The notes: a model not told the origin generated them from the sequence alone. 64,000 bases of DNA from Eubacterium sp. CAG:248 (GCA_000436475.1 FR886218.1:10938-74937), one strand, 5' to 3'; positions 9,167 to 18,994 are shown, numbered from the stretch's first letter. Numbers and translations: made by a program.

Positions 9167-9351
9167 TTACTATTTAGTAAATATTATTAATAAAAATATT
9201 TTAAAATACTTGCATGAAATGAAAGATTTCTGTATAATAACTTGTACACTTTTGCGTAAGTGTATATATTTATATTTGGTTCAGGCATGTATGTGCGTTG
9301 AAGCAATATATTGATTGGCTTATAAAGTGAATCACAGATAGGAGATTAGAG

Positions 9352-9984
9352 ATGAAAGATAAAGGATTACTGCTTGTGATATCAGGATTCTCAGGTGCTG
9401 GTAAAGGAACAGTTGTTAAGAGACTTTTAGAACAGCATAACGATTATGCTTTATCGATTTCAGCAACGACAAGATCGCCAAGAGAGGGCGAGCAGGACGG
9501 AAGAGAGTACTTCTTTAAATCAAAAGAAGAGTTTGAAAAGATGATAGAAGCATCTGAGCTTATAGAATATGCAAGGTATGTGGACAATTATTATGGAACA
9601 CCTAAGGCATATGTAGAAGAACAGCTTAAAGAAGGAAAGAATGTTATACTTGAGATAGAGATACAGGGGGCGCTTAACATAAAGAGCATGTTCCCGGATG
9701 CAGTACTTTTATTCATTATGCCACCTAGTGCAAAGGAACTTGAAAGAAGGCTTGTGGGTCGTGGAACAGAAGATGAAGCTACTATCAGGGCAAGACTTTC
9801 AAGAGCAAGTGAAGAGGCACAGGGGGTAGAGAATTATAACTATATAGTTATCAATGATGATGTTGATGCCTGTGTTGAAACTATAGATTCTATAGTTAAG
9901 AGTGAGAAGAGAAAGGCAGCTAATAACATCAATTTAATTAATAATATAAAAGAAGAGCTTAAGGCTTATTCGAAAGGAGAATAA
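9352..9984 (+). CDS. gmk: Guanylate kinase.
   Basis: P-loop GFSGAGKGT, ATTR motif, about 200 aa. Confidence 0.9.
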   Translation: MKDKGLLLVISGFSGAGKGTVVKRLLEQHNDYALSISATTRSPREGEQDGREYFFKSKEEFEKMIEASELIEYARYVDNYYGTPKAYVEEQLKEGKNVILEIEIQGALNIKSMFPDAVLLFIMPPSAKELERRLVGRGTEDEATIRARLSRASEEAQGVENYNYIVINDDVDACVETIDSIVKSEKRKAANNINLINNIKEELKAYSKGE

Positions 9985-9986
9985 TA

Positions 9987-10370
9987 ATGATACATCCATC
10001 ATATTCAGAATTAATGGCAGTTGTTAACAGTGAGGTAGAAGAGGGCGAGCAGCCATTAGTACAGAGCCGTTACTCTATAGTAAAGGCTACAGCAGCCAGA
10101 GCTAAAGAAATAATTGATGCAAGATCTATAGAAGAAAAGGTCAGAAAAGCACGTATTGAAGCTGAAAATGCTCCTAAGGAAAAGGATAAGGATGGCAAAA
10201 AGGGTGAGGCAAAGCCACTTTTAACACCAGAAGAAGCAAGAAAGCTTCAGATTGGTACACCACTTATCGATAACGCAGATAATATGAAGCCACTTTCAAT
10301 CGCTGTAGAAGAGCTTTACGAAGGTAAGGTAAAGATTGTTGGTAATGGTGATGACAGCGAGGTTATGTAA
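9987..10370 (+). CDS. rpoZ: DNA-directed RNA polymerase subunit omega, with a C-terminal extension.
   Basis: N-terminal HPSYSELMAVVNS...RYSIVKATAARAKEI; lies immediately after gmk. Confidence 0.85.
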   Translation: MIHPSYSELMAVVNSEVEEGEQPLVQSRYSIVKATAARAKEIIDARSIEEKVRKARIEAENAPKEKDKDGKKGEAKPLLTPEEARKLQIGTPLIDNADNMKPLSIAVEELYEGKVKIVGNGDDSEVM

Positions 10371-10533
10371 GAGTATTGCATAATACTTATTGTTGTAATA
10401 TCAGATAAAAGATTTAATATTGTGACTTGTAGCTGCTCGAAAGGGCAGCTATAATTGTATATAGGTTATATAAAAGCCTGTGGAGTAATGTCAGGCAGAC
10501 TACAAAAAAGCAATGTCAGGAAGGAAAATAGAT

Positions 10534-11697
10534 ATGGCTAATTCATATGATGAGAAGAAACGTGTTATTAACTGCGAAAGTGCGGCTAAGTGTGGAAGCT
10601 GTGCATATGCAGGTATGAAGTATGATAATGAATTAAAAGTAAAGCAGAATTATATAGATAAGCTGTTTAAGGGAGTCTGTCCTGTAGATGAGATAACAGG
10701 GATGTACAGACCTGTGCATTACCGTAATAAGGTGCATGCAGTTGTAGGCGAGGATAAGAATGGAAATATCATAACAGGAACATATGAACAGAATAGCCAT
10801 GTTATAGTTCCCGTGTCAGAATGTCTTTTGGAGGATAGCCAGTGCAGCAGGATAATAGCTACATTAAGAGAACTTTTTAAGTCGTTTAAGTATAAGCCAT
10901 ACAATGAGGATAAGGGTACTGGGTTTATAAGACATATACTTTTAAGAAAAGGTTTTTCGACAAAGGAGATTATGCTTGTACTTGTCACAAGTGAGGTTGC
11001 ATTCCCCTCTAAAACACATTTTTTAAAAGTAATTAAGGAAAAACATCCAGAGATTAATACAATCGTCCAGAATGTAAATGCATACAATACAAGCATGGTG
11101 CTTGGACAAAGAAATATTGTACTTACAGGAAAGGGCTACATAGAGGATGTGTTATGTGGTTACAGATTCAGAATAAGCCCATCGTCATTCTATCAGATTA
11201 ATCACCAGCAGACAGAAAAGCTTTATAAGGCTGCGATTAATATGGCAGAAATTACGAAAAAAGACACTGTCATAGATGCTTACTGTGGGATAGGAACTAT
11301 AGGAATAGCCGCCTCAGGAAAGGCTGGACATGTTATAGGTGTGGAGCTAAATAAAGATGCAGTCAAGGATGCAGAAGAAAATGCTAAGATAAATAATATT
11401 AAGAATATAAGGTTTGTCAATGCTGATGCGGGCGAATTCCTGGTAGAATATGCTGCAAAGAAAAAGGCTGATGTTGTTATAATGGATCCGCCAAGAAGTG
11501 GCAGCAGTGAGGAGTTCCTTAATGCTATTCTTAAGATAAAGCCAGACAGGGTTGTGTATGTTTCGTGCAATCCAGATACACAAAGAAGAGATGTTGAGGT
11601 GCTTTTAAAGGGTGGTTATAAGGTTAAGGGATGTAAGCCTTTTGATATGTTTCCTTTTACGGATAATACAGAAAATGTGATAGCTTTGGTCAGATAA
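10534..11697 (+). CDS. 23S rRNA (uracil-5)-methyltransferase of the TrmA/RlmD (RumA) family.
   Basis: Four-Cys cluster near the N-terminus, SAM motif DAYCGIGTIG, MDPPRSG and a catalytic Cys region. Second ATG 10534 chosen for its AGGAAGGA RBS. Confidence 0.8.
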   Translation: MANSYDEKKRVINCESAAKCGSCAYAGMKYDNELKVKQNYIDKLFKGVCPVDEITGMYRPVHYRNKVHAVVGEDKNGNIITGTYEQNSHVIVPVSECLLEDSQCSRIIATLRELFKSFKYKPYNEDKGTGFIRHILLRKGFSTKEIMLVLVTSEVAFPSKTHFLKVIKEKHPEINTIVQNVNAYNTSMVLGQRNIVLTGKGYIEDVLCGYRFRISPSSFYQINHQQTEKLYKAAINMAEITKKDTVIDAYCGIGTIGIAASGKAGHVIGVELNKDAVKDAEENAKINNIKNIRFVNADAGEFLVEYAAKKKADVVIMDPPRSGSSEEFLNAILKIKPDRVVYVSCNPDTQRRDVEVLLKGGYKVKGCKPFDMFPFTDNTENVIALVR

Positions 11698-11776
11698 AAA
11701 ATCCTATAAAAAATCACAGGAGATATGGTATTTTACTTAAGCTTTTATCATTATATGACGATATACATATTGTCAG

Positions 11777-11824
11777 GAGGGCACTTTATTTCAACGGATT
11801 GATTCGAAATAAAGTGCCTTTTTG
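11777..11824 (+). terminator. Intrinsic terminator after the methyltransferase gene: 13-bp stem then TTTTTGC.
   Basis: ggcactttatttc (11780-11792) pairs with gaaataaagtgcc (11805-11817). Confidence 0.7.
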
Positions 11825-11909
11825 CATATTTATTACTAAATAACTGCTTGGACCGCTATAGGAAAGCAGTGCGGTTGTGAATGACAGAGTGACCGCAGAA
11901 AGGATAAGG

Positions 11910-12629
11910 ATGAAAGTAAACACAGGATATGCATATAACTATTATATTGGCGGTAAGGCTGCTGTGAACACAGCAGATAATAAGACTTTTGACAAAAACA
12001 TGGCAAAGGCTGGCAATATGCCGGTGATAACTTTTGATGAAGATGGAGCAGAAGAGAATGTTGCTGCAGATAAGTCAAAGGAAGCTTCTTCAACAAACAT
12101 AAGGGATATGAGCAATAAGGAATGGGATAAACTCATAGAACATGTTGACAAATTTATTGATGAATTCAAAGAGGCTGTCGAGTATGAAAATGAAGTAAGC
12201 AAGGAAAACAAAGAAAAGTTTGAAGAAACTGCTAAGGATATTATAGAAACCTTAAATGATAACGAAATGACACGTAAAGAGCTTACTAAAGAACAGGAAC
12301 TTGCATTAACAGGAAGCACAAGTACAGGTGTAAGCAGTACGGATGGAGTAACAGAATGTGCTTCTGCTGAGGATATTGGCGATGCTAAGACGACATGGAC
12401 AGTTACAGTGTTTACAGAGGATGGCATAACATGTACACAGTTTAAGGATGGCGTAAAAACAGAGCTTTGGAGAATGAGTTATAAACATAAGGGTGATTAT
12501 GAAAAGATTACAGATTTTCTAAACAGCTTTGACAAAAATTCTGATTTAAAGTTTGCAAGCTCTAAAAGCTTCTGGGAAGATTTTCTTGATGGCAAAATAA
12601 GCGATGAAGAACTAAGAAAGCTATATTAG
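11910..12629 (+). CDS. Hypothetical acidic soluble protein, 239 aa, no recognisable domain.
   Basis: ATG 11910 with an AAGGATAAGG RBS. No signal peptide and no known motif. Flanked by terminators on both sides. Confidence 0.5.
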   Translation: MKVNTGYAYNYYIGGKAAVNTADNKTFDKNMAKAGNMPVITFDEDGAEENVAADKSKEASSTNIRDMSNKEWDKLIEHVDKFIDEFKEAVEYENEVSKENKEKFEETAKDIIETLNDNEMTRKELTKEQELALTGSTSTGVSSTDGVTECASAEDIGDAKTTWTVTVFTEDGITCTQFKDGVKTELWRMSYKHKGDYEKITDFLNSFDKNSDLKFASSKSFWEDFLDGKISDEELRKLY

Positions 12630-12701
12630 AGCGGTTGTGTTACGAAAGAATATAAAAACAACGAAATATAATATATATGAGAAGCATAATATAATAAAAA
12701 T

Positions 12702-12752
12702 AAATGGATGATAACGGGTTTTCTGACGGATTCGCTTTCATCCATTTTTTGT
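12702..12752 (+). terminator. Intrinsic terminator: 10-bp stem aaatggatga/tcatccattt, then T6.
   Basis: Inverted repeat 12702-12711 / 12738-12747 followed by tttttt. Confidence 0.65.
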
Positions 12753-12818
12753 ATTATTTATGATAATTTGCTCGTGATTGCCAGGTAAACCTAAAAAGTA
12801 TCAACAGATAATCACCTA

Positions 12819-12847
12819 TTGACATAGTAGGCGAATAGGTATATTAT
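12819..12847 (+). promoter_or_regulatory. Sigma-A-type promoter of the Rrf2-suf operon: TTGACA, 17-nt spacer, TATTAT.
   Basis: Hexamers at 12819-12824 and 12842-12847. Confidence 0.5.
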
Positions 12848-12964
12848 TTTGTTACGCTTTATTGAGAATAATTTACATTATATCTGTTCAGTTTAATATT
12901 AAGGAATGTATATAATTATTAGTCTTAAGTAAAAGTTACTATATGTAGAAAGGAATATTTAGTT

Positions 12965-13411
12965 ATGGTTATTTCTTCTAAAGGCAGATATGCCTTGAGA
13001 GTTATGGTATATCTGGCAGTTAATCACAGCGATGATTATATTCCTCTTAAAGAAATATCACAGAAGGAGGATTTGTCGCAGAAGTATCTTGAAACAATCA
13101 CCAGAATGTTATCTAAAGCTCATCTTATAGAAGCAGCAAGTGGACATGGTGGTGGCTACAGGCTTACAAAGAATCCTTCAGAGTATTCGATAAGTGAAAT
13201 ACTTAATCTTACTGAGGGGTCGCTTGCACCAGTTGCCTGTCTTAAGGATGAACAGAATACATGTGAACGTTCAAGTGCATGTTACACACTTCCTATATGG
13301 GAAGGACTTGCTAAGCTGATTAATGATTATTTTGACAATATGACACTTGAAGATGTAGCAAAGGTTGCCATCAGGGAACAAAATGATGTTACAGAGGCTG
13401 TAAGCAAATAA
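12965..13411 (+). CDS. Rrf2-family transcriptional regulator, IscR-like, with a three-Cys Fe-S ligand cluster.
   Basis: N-terminal wHTH of Rrf2 (KGRYALRVMVYLA...), GGYRL motif, and Cys residues in CLKDEQNTCERSSAC. First gene of the suf cluster. Confidence 0.8.
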   Translation: MVISSKGRYALRVMVYLAVNHSDDYIPLKEISQKEDLSQKYLETITRMLSKAHLIEAASGHGGGYRLTKNPSEYSISEILNLTEGSLAPVACLKDEQNTCERSSACYTLPIWEGLAKLINDYFDNMTLEDVAKVAIREQNDVTEAVSK

Positions 13412-13474
13412 TTAGCAGGTTGTAAATATTATAAGTAAAACATGAATGGTTAAGATAAGAAAGGAAACTATATT

Positions 13475-14221
13475 ATGTCAGACAAGAATTTATTAAATAT
13501 AAAAGATTTATATGTAGATGTAGAGGATAAGGAGATTCTTCATGGAGTTAATCTTTCTGTTGGAAAGGGAGAAACCCATGTACTTATGGGTCCTAACGGA
13601 ACAGGTAAATCAACACTCGGATATGCAATTATGGGTAATCCAAGATATACAGTAAAAAAAGGTGAGATATGGTTTGATGGAAAGAATATAACTAACGAAG
13701 CTGTTAATGAACGTTCTAAAGATGGAATATTCTTATCTTTCCAGAATCCTCTTGAGGTTCCAGGTGTAACTTTAAGCTCATTTATAAGAAATGCACTTGA
13801 GTTAAAGACAGGCAAGAGAACACGTTTCATGGAATTTAAGAAAGAGCTTGAAAAGACTATGGAGCTTCTTAATATGGACAAGTCTTATGCAGAAAGAGAC
13901 CTTAATGTTGGTTTCTCAGGTGGTGAGAAGAAGAAGGCTGAAATATTACAGCTTCTTATGTTAAAGCCATCGCTTGCAATTCTTGATGAAACAGACTCTG
14001 GTCTTGATGTAGATGCAGTAAGGACAGTATCAGCTGGTATTGAAGAATACCAGAAGAGATGTGACGGAAGTCTTCTTATCATCACACACAGCACTAAGAT
14101 TCTTGAATCTTTATCGGTTGATTATACACACGTTATGATAGAAGGTAAGATAATTAACACAGGCGATGCTTCATTAGTTGACAAGATTAACACAGAAGGT
14201 TTCGCAGAGTACGAAAACTAA
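13475..14221 (+). CDS. sufC: Fe-S cluster assembly ATPase SufC.
   Basis: Walker A GPNGTGKST, ABC signature FSGGEKK, Walker B LAILDETDSGLD, about 248 aa. Confidence 0.92.
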   Translation: MSDKNLLNIKDLYVDVEDKEILHGVNLSVGKGETHVLMGPNGTGKSTLGYAIMGNPRYTVKKGEIWFDGKNITNEAVNERSKDGIFLSFQNPLEVPGVTLSSFIRNALELKTGKRTRFMEFKKELEKTMELLNMDKSYAERDLNVGFSGGEKKKAEILQLLMLKPSLAILDETDSGLDVDAVRTVSAGIEEYQKRCDGSLLIITHSTKILESLSVDYTHVMIEGKIINTGDASLVDKINTEGFAEYEN

Positions 14222-14306
14222 TACGCAGCGCGTGCAGTTGTAGTTGTTTAACTGCTGATGGATATATATGAAATGTTAAAGAAAAAGAGAGGAGTTCCTT
14301 AAAACT

Positions 14307-15713
14307 ATGAAAGAGAAAACATATGTTCAGGACATAGAAAGGAATATATATGATTTCAAGGATGAGGAAAAGGATGCATACCGAATCAATGCAGGTCTTA
14401 CACCAGAGATAGTTGAGAAGCTTTCAAAGGAAAAGAATGATCCAGCGTGGATGCAGAATTTCCGTCTTGAATCATTACAGATATATAACAATATGCAGGT
14501 TCCTGACTGGGGTCCATCAATAGAAGGGCTTAATATGGATAACATTGTTACGTATGTAAGACCTAATACTAATATGAAGACAAAGTGGTCAGATGTTCCT
14601 GATGATATAAAGAATACATTTGAAAGACTTGGTATACCACAGGCAGAAAGAAAGTCACTTGCCGGTGTCGGGGCACAGTATGACTCAGAGCTTGTATACC
14701 ACAATGTAAGGGAAGATGTTGCAAAGCTTGGTGTTGTATACACAGACATGGAGAGCGCACTTAAGGGTGAATATGCCGATATGGTGCGTACACACTTTAT
14801 GAAGCTTGTCAAGCCAAACGACCATAAGTTTGCAGCTCTTCACGGTGCAGTATGGTCAGGTGGTTCATTTGTATATGTTCCAAAGGGAGTATCGGTTGAG
14901 ATACCACTTCAGTCATACTTCAGACTTAATGCTCCGGGAGCAGGACAGTTTGAGCATACACTTATTATAGTAGATGAGGGAGCGGATCTTCACTTTATCG
15001 AGGGATGTTCAGCACCTAAGTATAATGTAGCTAATCTTCACGCAGGCTGTGTTGAGCTTTTTGTTGGAAAGAATGCAAAGCTCAGATATTCAACTATAGA
15101 GAACTGGTCTAAGAATATGTATAACCTTAACACTAAGAGAGCTATTGTAGAAGAAGGTGGAACAATAGAGTGGGTATCCGGTTCATTTGGTTCACATGTT
15201 TCTTATCTTTATCCTATGAGTATTCTTAAGGGAGAAGGCTCAAGAATGGAATTCACAGGAATAACATTTGCAGGTAAGGGGCAGAATCTTGATACGGGTG
15301 CAAAGGTGGTTCACGCAGCTAAGAACACAAGCTCTTATATCAATACAAAATCTATATCAAAGGATGGCGGTATAAGTACCTTCAGATCATCGGTAGTTGT
15401 AAACAAGCAGGCAGAAAATGCTAAAGCAGCAGTTTCATGTCAGTCACTTATGCTTGATTCGATATCACGTTCAGATACTATACCAGCTATGGATATCAGA
15501 ACAAGAAAAGCAAATGTAGGCCATGAGGCACAGATAGGAAGTATTAGTGATGAGGCTGTATTCTACCTAATGTCACGTGGTATGACAGAGGAGGATGCAA
15601 GGGCATGTATCGTAAGTGGCTTTGCTGATAATGTATCTAAGGAACTTCCTCTTGAGTATGCTATTGAGATGAACAATCTTATAAGACTTGAGATGAAGGG
15701 GAGTATCGGTTAA
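14307..15713 (+). CDS. sufB: Fe-S cluster assembly protein SufB.
   Basis: 468 aa with conserved SufB core regions; sits between sufC and sufD. Confidence 0.9.
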   Translation: MKEKTYVQDIERNIYDFKDEEKDAYRINAGLTPEIVEKLSKEKNDPAWMQNFRLESLQIYNNMQVPDWGPSIEGLNMDNIVTYVRPNTNMKTKWSDVPDDIKNTFERLGIPQAERKSLAGVGAQYDSELVYHNVREDVAKLGVVYTDMESALKGEYADMVRTHFMKLVKPNDHKFAALHGAVWSGGSFVYVPKGVSVEIPLQSYFRLNAPGAGQFEHTLIIVDEGADLHFIEGCSAPKYNVANLHAGCVELFVGKNAKLRYSTIENWSKNMYNLNTKRAIVEEGGTIEWVSGSFGSHVSYLYPMSILKGEGSRMEFTGITFAGKGQNLDTGAKVVHAAKNTSSYINTKSISKDGGISTFRSSVVVNKQAENAKAAVSCQSLMLDSISRSDTIPAMDIRTRKANVGHEAQIGSISDEAVFYLMSRGMTEEDARACIVSGFADNVSKELPLEYAIEMNNLIRLEMKGSIG

Positions 15714-15843
15714 TTGATATATAAATATGTGTGATATCCGGATATATAGATATAGGATTTTTGCTTTATGCTATATTATGTTATAAATAATTTTATAGTG
15801 GCACTATATAACATATGGGATATACACAGGAATGGAGAGTAAG

Positions 15844-16950
15844 ATGAGTAATATTAGTGAATTAAAGATAAATGCGCTTCCATCTAAGACATGGTACTGG
15901 CTTAATCTGAATGATACAAGGGTAGCATGGGATAGTGAGACTGTTCCATGTAATATTGAAACAGATGGATATGCCGATGCATTTTATGATGCACAGAGTA
16001 ATGATTATGCAGATATCAGTGCAGCAGTAAAAACAGGTGCTACAGATGCCGCTGATGTTTTATTTGCAGATGAAAATATCACATCTTTAGTGATAAATGC
16101 AGATAAGAAAGCGGATAATAAAGTGATATATCTTAATATAGATGATTCTGTTGCTGTAGAAAACAAAGTGAATCAGGCAGGAAAGCTTGTTGTTAATGTA
16201 GAGGATAATGTAACATTTACAATAATAGAAACATTTACAGGCTCAGAGGAAGTGGCTGGTAATACAGCATTCAGAACTCTTATAGATGCTGGAAAAAACA
16301 GTCGTGTAAAGCTTGTACAGGTGTTCTTACAGCCAAAGGAGCAGGATGTGCTTTGTGATGTTGGAAGCAGGTGTGCAGATGAAGCAGGTTTTAAGCTTGT
16401 ACAGCTGTTTCTTGGAGAAGGCAGTCTTTATGATGGCATACGAACAGATCTTAATGGAAATAAGTCGGATTTTATGTGTGATATAGGATATTTTGGCGTT
16501 GCTAAACAGAATATTGACATAAATCTTATAGTTAACCACATTGGTAAGAAGACAAACTGCGGGATAAGCGTTGATGGAGCACTAAAGGATGCTGCTAAAA
16601 AGGTATTTAAGGGAACTATTGACTTTAAGAATGGTTCGTCTGGTTCTACAGGTGCTGAAACTGAAAATGTGTTATTGCTGGGTGAAGATGTTGTAAATAA
16701 GACTATTCCTGTTATTCTTTGCGCAGAGGAGGATGTCAATGGCTCACATGGTGCAACTATTGGTGAGCTTGATCCACAAACCTTATTCTATTTTGCAGCA
16801 AGAGGTATAGATTCAGAGACGGCAGAAGATATTATGACTAAGGGAAGACTGGAAGTCGTAGCAAGAAAGATAGAAGATGAAAAAACTGAGAAGCTTGCTA
16901 ATGAACAGCTTTGCAAGGTGCTTGGTGAAAATGCCGTCCAAAGATTATAG
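15844..16950 (+). CDS. sufD: Fe-S cluster assembly protein SufD.
   Basis: SufB/D-family beta-helix. ATG 15844 follows a GGAGAG RBS; the ORF track starts at 15832. Confidence 0.8.
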   Translation: MSNISELKINALPSKTWYWLNLNDTRVAWDSETVPCNIETDGYADAFYDAQSNDYADISAAVKTGATDAADVLFADENITSLVINADKKADNKVIYLNIDDSVAVENKVNQAGKLVVNVEDNVTFTIIETFTGSEEVAGNTAFRTLIDAGKNSRVKLVQVFLQPKEQDVLCDVGSRCADEAGFKLVQLFLGEGSLYDGIRTDLNGNKSDFMCDIGYFGVAKQNIDINLIVNHIGKKTNCGISVDGALKDAAKKVFKGTIDFKNGSSGSTGAETENVLLLGEDVVNKTIPVILCAEEDVNGSHGATIGELDPQTLFYFAARGIDSETAEDIMTKGRLEVVARKIEDEKTEKLANEQLCKVLGENAVQRL

Positions 16951-16963
16951 AATGGAGATAAAT

Positions 16964-18178
16964 ATGAGTCGCAATTACAGGGATGATTTTCCACTTATAA
17001 AAAATAATGACAGAATATATATAGATAATGCTGCTACGTCACAGAAACCTGAATGCGTGATTAAAGCAGAAGCTGAGTTTTACGAAAAAAATAATGCTAA
17101 TCCATTAAGAGGCTTTTATCCTCTTAGTATAGCTGCAACAAAAGAATATGAAGATGCAAGAGAAACTGTAAGGGAGTTTATTAATGCAGGTTCTACAAAG
17201 GAGATAATATTTACAAGAAATACAACGGAAGGTATTAATCTTGTTGCATATAGTTACGCTCTAAATAACCTTAAAGCCGGAGATGAGATAGCAGTTTCTA
17301 TTATGGAGCATCATAGCAATATGCTTCCATGGCAGATGGCAGCGAGAATGACAGGAGCAAAGCTTGTGTATCTTGATTGTGAAAAAGATGGAACACTTTC
17401 AGATGAAACATTGGCAGCAGGTATTAATGAGCATACTAAAATAGTAGCGGTTGGTCATGTGTCAAATGTACTTGGCTGTGTTAATCCTGTAAAAAAAATC
17501 GCAGCTATGGCGCATGCAGCAGGTGCTATTATGGTTGTTGATGCAGCACAGAGTGCACCTCATATGAAGATTGATGTTAAGGATATGGATGCGGATTTTC
17601 TTGCATTTTCAGGTCATAAGCTTATGGGACCTATGGGAATAGGTGTTCTTTATGGAAAGCAGGAGCTTTTAGAGAAGATGGAACCTTTCATGACTGGTGG
17701 AGAAATGATAGATTCTGTTACAAGAGAAGGCGCTGTGTATGCTGAACTTCCACATAAGTTTGAAGCTGGTACAGTAAATGCAGCAGGTGCAGCTGGACTT
17801 GCTGCAGCAATCAGGTATATTAATGAAGTTGGCTTTGATTATATTGAAGAAAGAGAAAAAACACTTACGCGTATAGCTATGGAAGGACTTAAAGAATATG
17901 AACATATTCATGTTATTGGTTCTGAGAATCCTGATAACCATACAGGTATAGTAGCATTTACTATAGATAATGTGCATCCTCATGATGTAAGTGAAATATT
18001 ATCTTCGGATGGAATAGATGTAAGGGCAGGACATCATTGCGCACAGCCGCTTCTTACACATTTGAAGGTATATAATGCTACAAGAGCAAGCTTCATGTTC
18101 TACAATACAGAGGATGAAGTACGTGCATTTGTTAATAGTGCTATTAATGTAAGAAGGAGAATGGGTTATGATGAATAG
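16964..18178 (+). CDS. sufS: Cysteine desulfurase SufS (group II).
   Basis: PLP lysine region SGHKLMGP, active-site loop RAGHHCA. ATG 16964 after a GGAGA RBS. The ORF track's 16877 start overlaps the sufD 3' end in another frame. Confidence 0.9.
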   Translation: MSRNYRDDFPLIKNNDRIYIDNAATSQKPECVIKAEAEFYEKNNANPLRGFYPLSIAATKEYEDARETVREFINAGSTKEIIFTRNTTEGINLVAYSYALNNLKAGDEIAVSIMEHHSNMLPWQMAARMTGAKLVYLDCEKDGTLSDETLAAGINEHTKIVAVGHVSNVLGCVNPVKKIAAMAHAAGAIMVVDAAQSAPHMKIDVKDMDADFLAFSGHKLMGPMGIGVLYGKQELLEKMEPFMTGGEMIDSVTREGAVYAELPHKFEAGTVNAAGAAGLAAAIRYINEVGFDYIEEREKTLTRIAMEGLKEYEHIHVIGSENPDNHTGIVAFTIDNVHPHDVSEILSSDGIDVRAGHHCAQPLLTHLKVYNATRASFMFYNTEDEVRAFVNSAINVRRRMGYDE

Positions 18179-18608
18179 AGGCTTTTATAACGAGATTCTG
18201 ACAGAGCATAATATAAGACCAGAGTTCAAGCATGATCTTCCAGATGCTAATATAGTACTGGAAGGAGTTAATCCTAACTGTGGTGATGATATATGGCTTA
18301 AGTTAAAAGTGGAGAATGGCATAATAGAGGATGGAGCCTTTGTGGGAGATGGATGTGCTATATCGCAGGCTTCAGCAGACATTATGCTTGGCATGATTAT
18401 AGGAAAGAGCAAGGATGAAGCATTAAAGCTTGGAAATCTTTTTCTTAAGATGATAAAGGGAGAGGCAACTGATGAAGAGATAGATGAGCTTGATGAAGCA
18501 TCAGCACTTAAAGATATATCGCATATGCCTGCAAGAGTAAAATGTGCTGTTCTTGGATGGCATACCCTTGATGAAGCATTAAAAAAGGCTATGGATGATT
18601 ACAAGTAA
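18168..18608 (+). CDS. sufU: Fe-S scaffold SufU (NifU/IscU-like).
   Basis: Three conserved Cys (NPNCGDD, GDGCAISQAS, VKCAVLGWH); overlaps the sufS stop. Confidence 0.88.
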   Translation: MMNRGFYNEILTEHNIRPEFKHDLPDANIVLEGVNPNCGDDIWLKLKVENGIIEDGAFVGDGCAISQASADIMLGMIIGKSKDEALKLGNLFLKMIKGEATDEEIDELDEASALKDISHMPARVKCAVLGWHTLDEALKKAMDDYK

Positions 18609-18887
18609 AACGAAGAACTTAATAGAGTTGAGGTAGTTGGAGATAATGAGGGGTTAAAGGTTGTTGATGGATATGTTGATTTTGATATAAATCACTGCTC
18701 AACATACTTCCTTTCAGGCCATACAGCAGATGAAGTAAAGGCTGTTAACCCTGCAACAGGAGAACTTGCTGGAACACCTATAAAAACAGGTGATCATGCA
18801 AATGTAATGTTATATGTATTATTATCTTTAGCAGCAGTTTCAGCTATGGGATTAGTTGTTGTATTCGGTAAGAAGAGAGCAAACTAA
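18609..18887 (+). pseudogene. Gene fragment: about 93 codons with no start codon, encoding a sortase-type sorting signal.
   Basis: In-frame translation right after the sufU TAA gives NEELNRVEVVGDNEGLKVVDGYVDFDINHCSTYFLSGHTADEVKAVNPATGELAGTPIKTGDHANVMLYVLLSLAAVSAMGLVVVFGKKRAN*. This is NPATG/PIKTG-like motif, hydrophobic anchor, KKR tail. The other two frames are closed. The only in-frame ATG is at 18807. Confidence 0.45.
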
Positions 18888-18915
18888 GAATTCAAATATC
18901 ACAATATTTAATAAT

Positions 18916-18953
18916 AAAACCAGTGTTATATTGTCTATAGCACTGGTTTTTTG
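18916..18953 (+). terminator. Intrinsic terminator: 10-bp stem aaaaccagtg/cactggtttt running into a T-tract.
   Basis: Perfect inverted repeat 18916-18925 / 18941-18950. Confidence 0.7.
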
Positions 18954-18994
18954 TATAATATATACATAAGAATGAGGATATGGATGGAGGAAGT

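Noticed and set aside
9102-9314. 70-aa plus-strand ORF in the yicC-gmk spacer, where DUF370/remA sits in Bacillus.
   Set aside because: It overlaps the yicC 3' end, is AT-rich nonsense (MQLLILKQRLKK...) and has no RBS. It does not resemble RemA/YlzA.
11942-12427. 161-aa serine-rich minus-strand ORF antisense to the orphan acidic protein gene.
   Set aside because: Low-complexity S/L/V repeats mirror the GAA/GAT-rich sense strand. It has no RBS.
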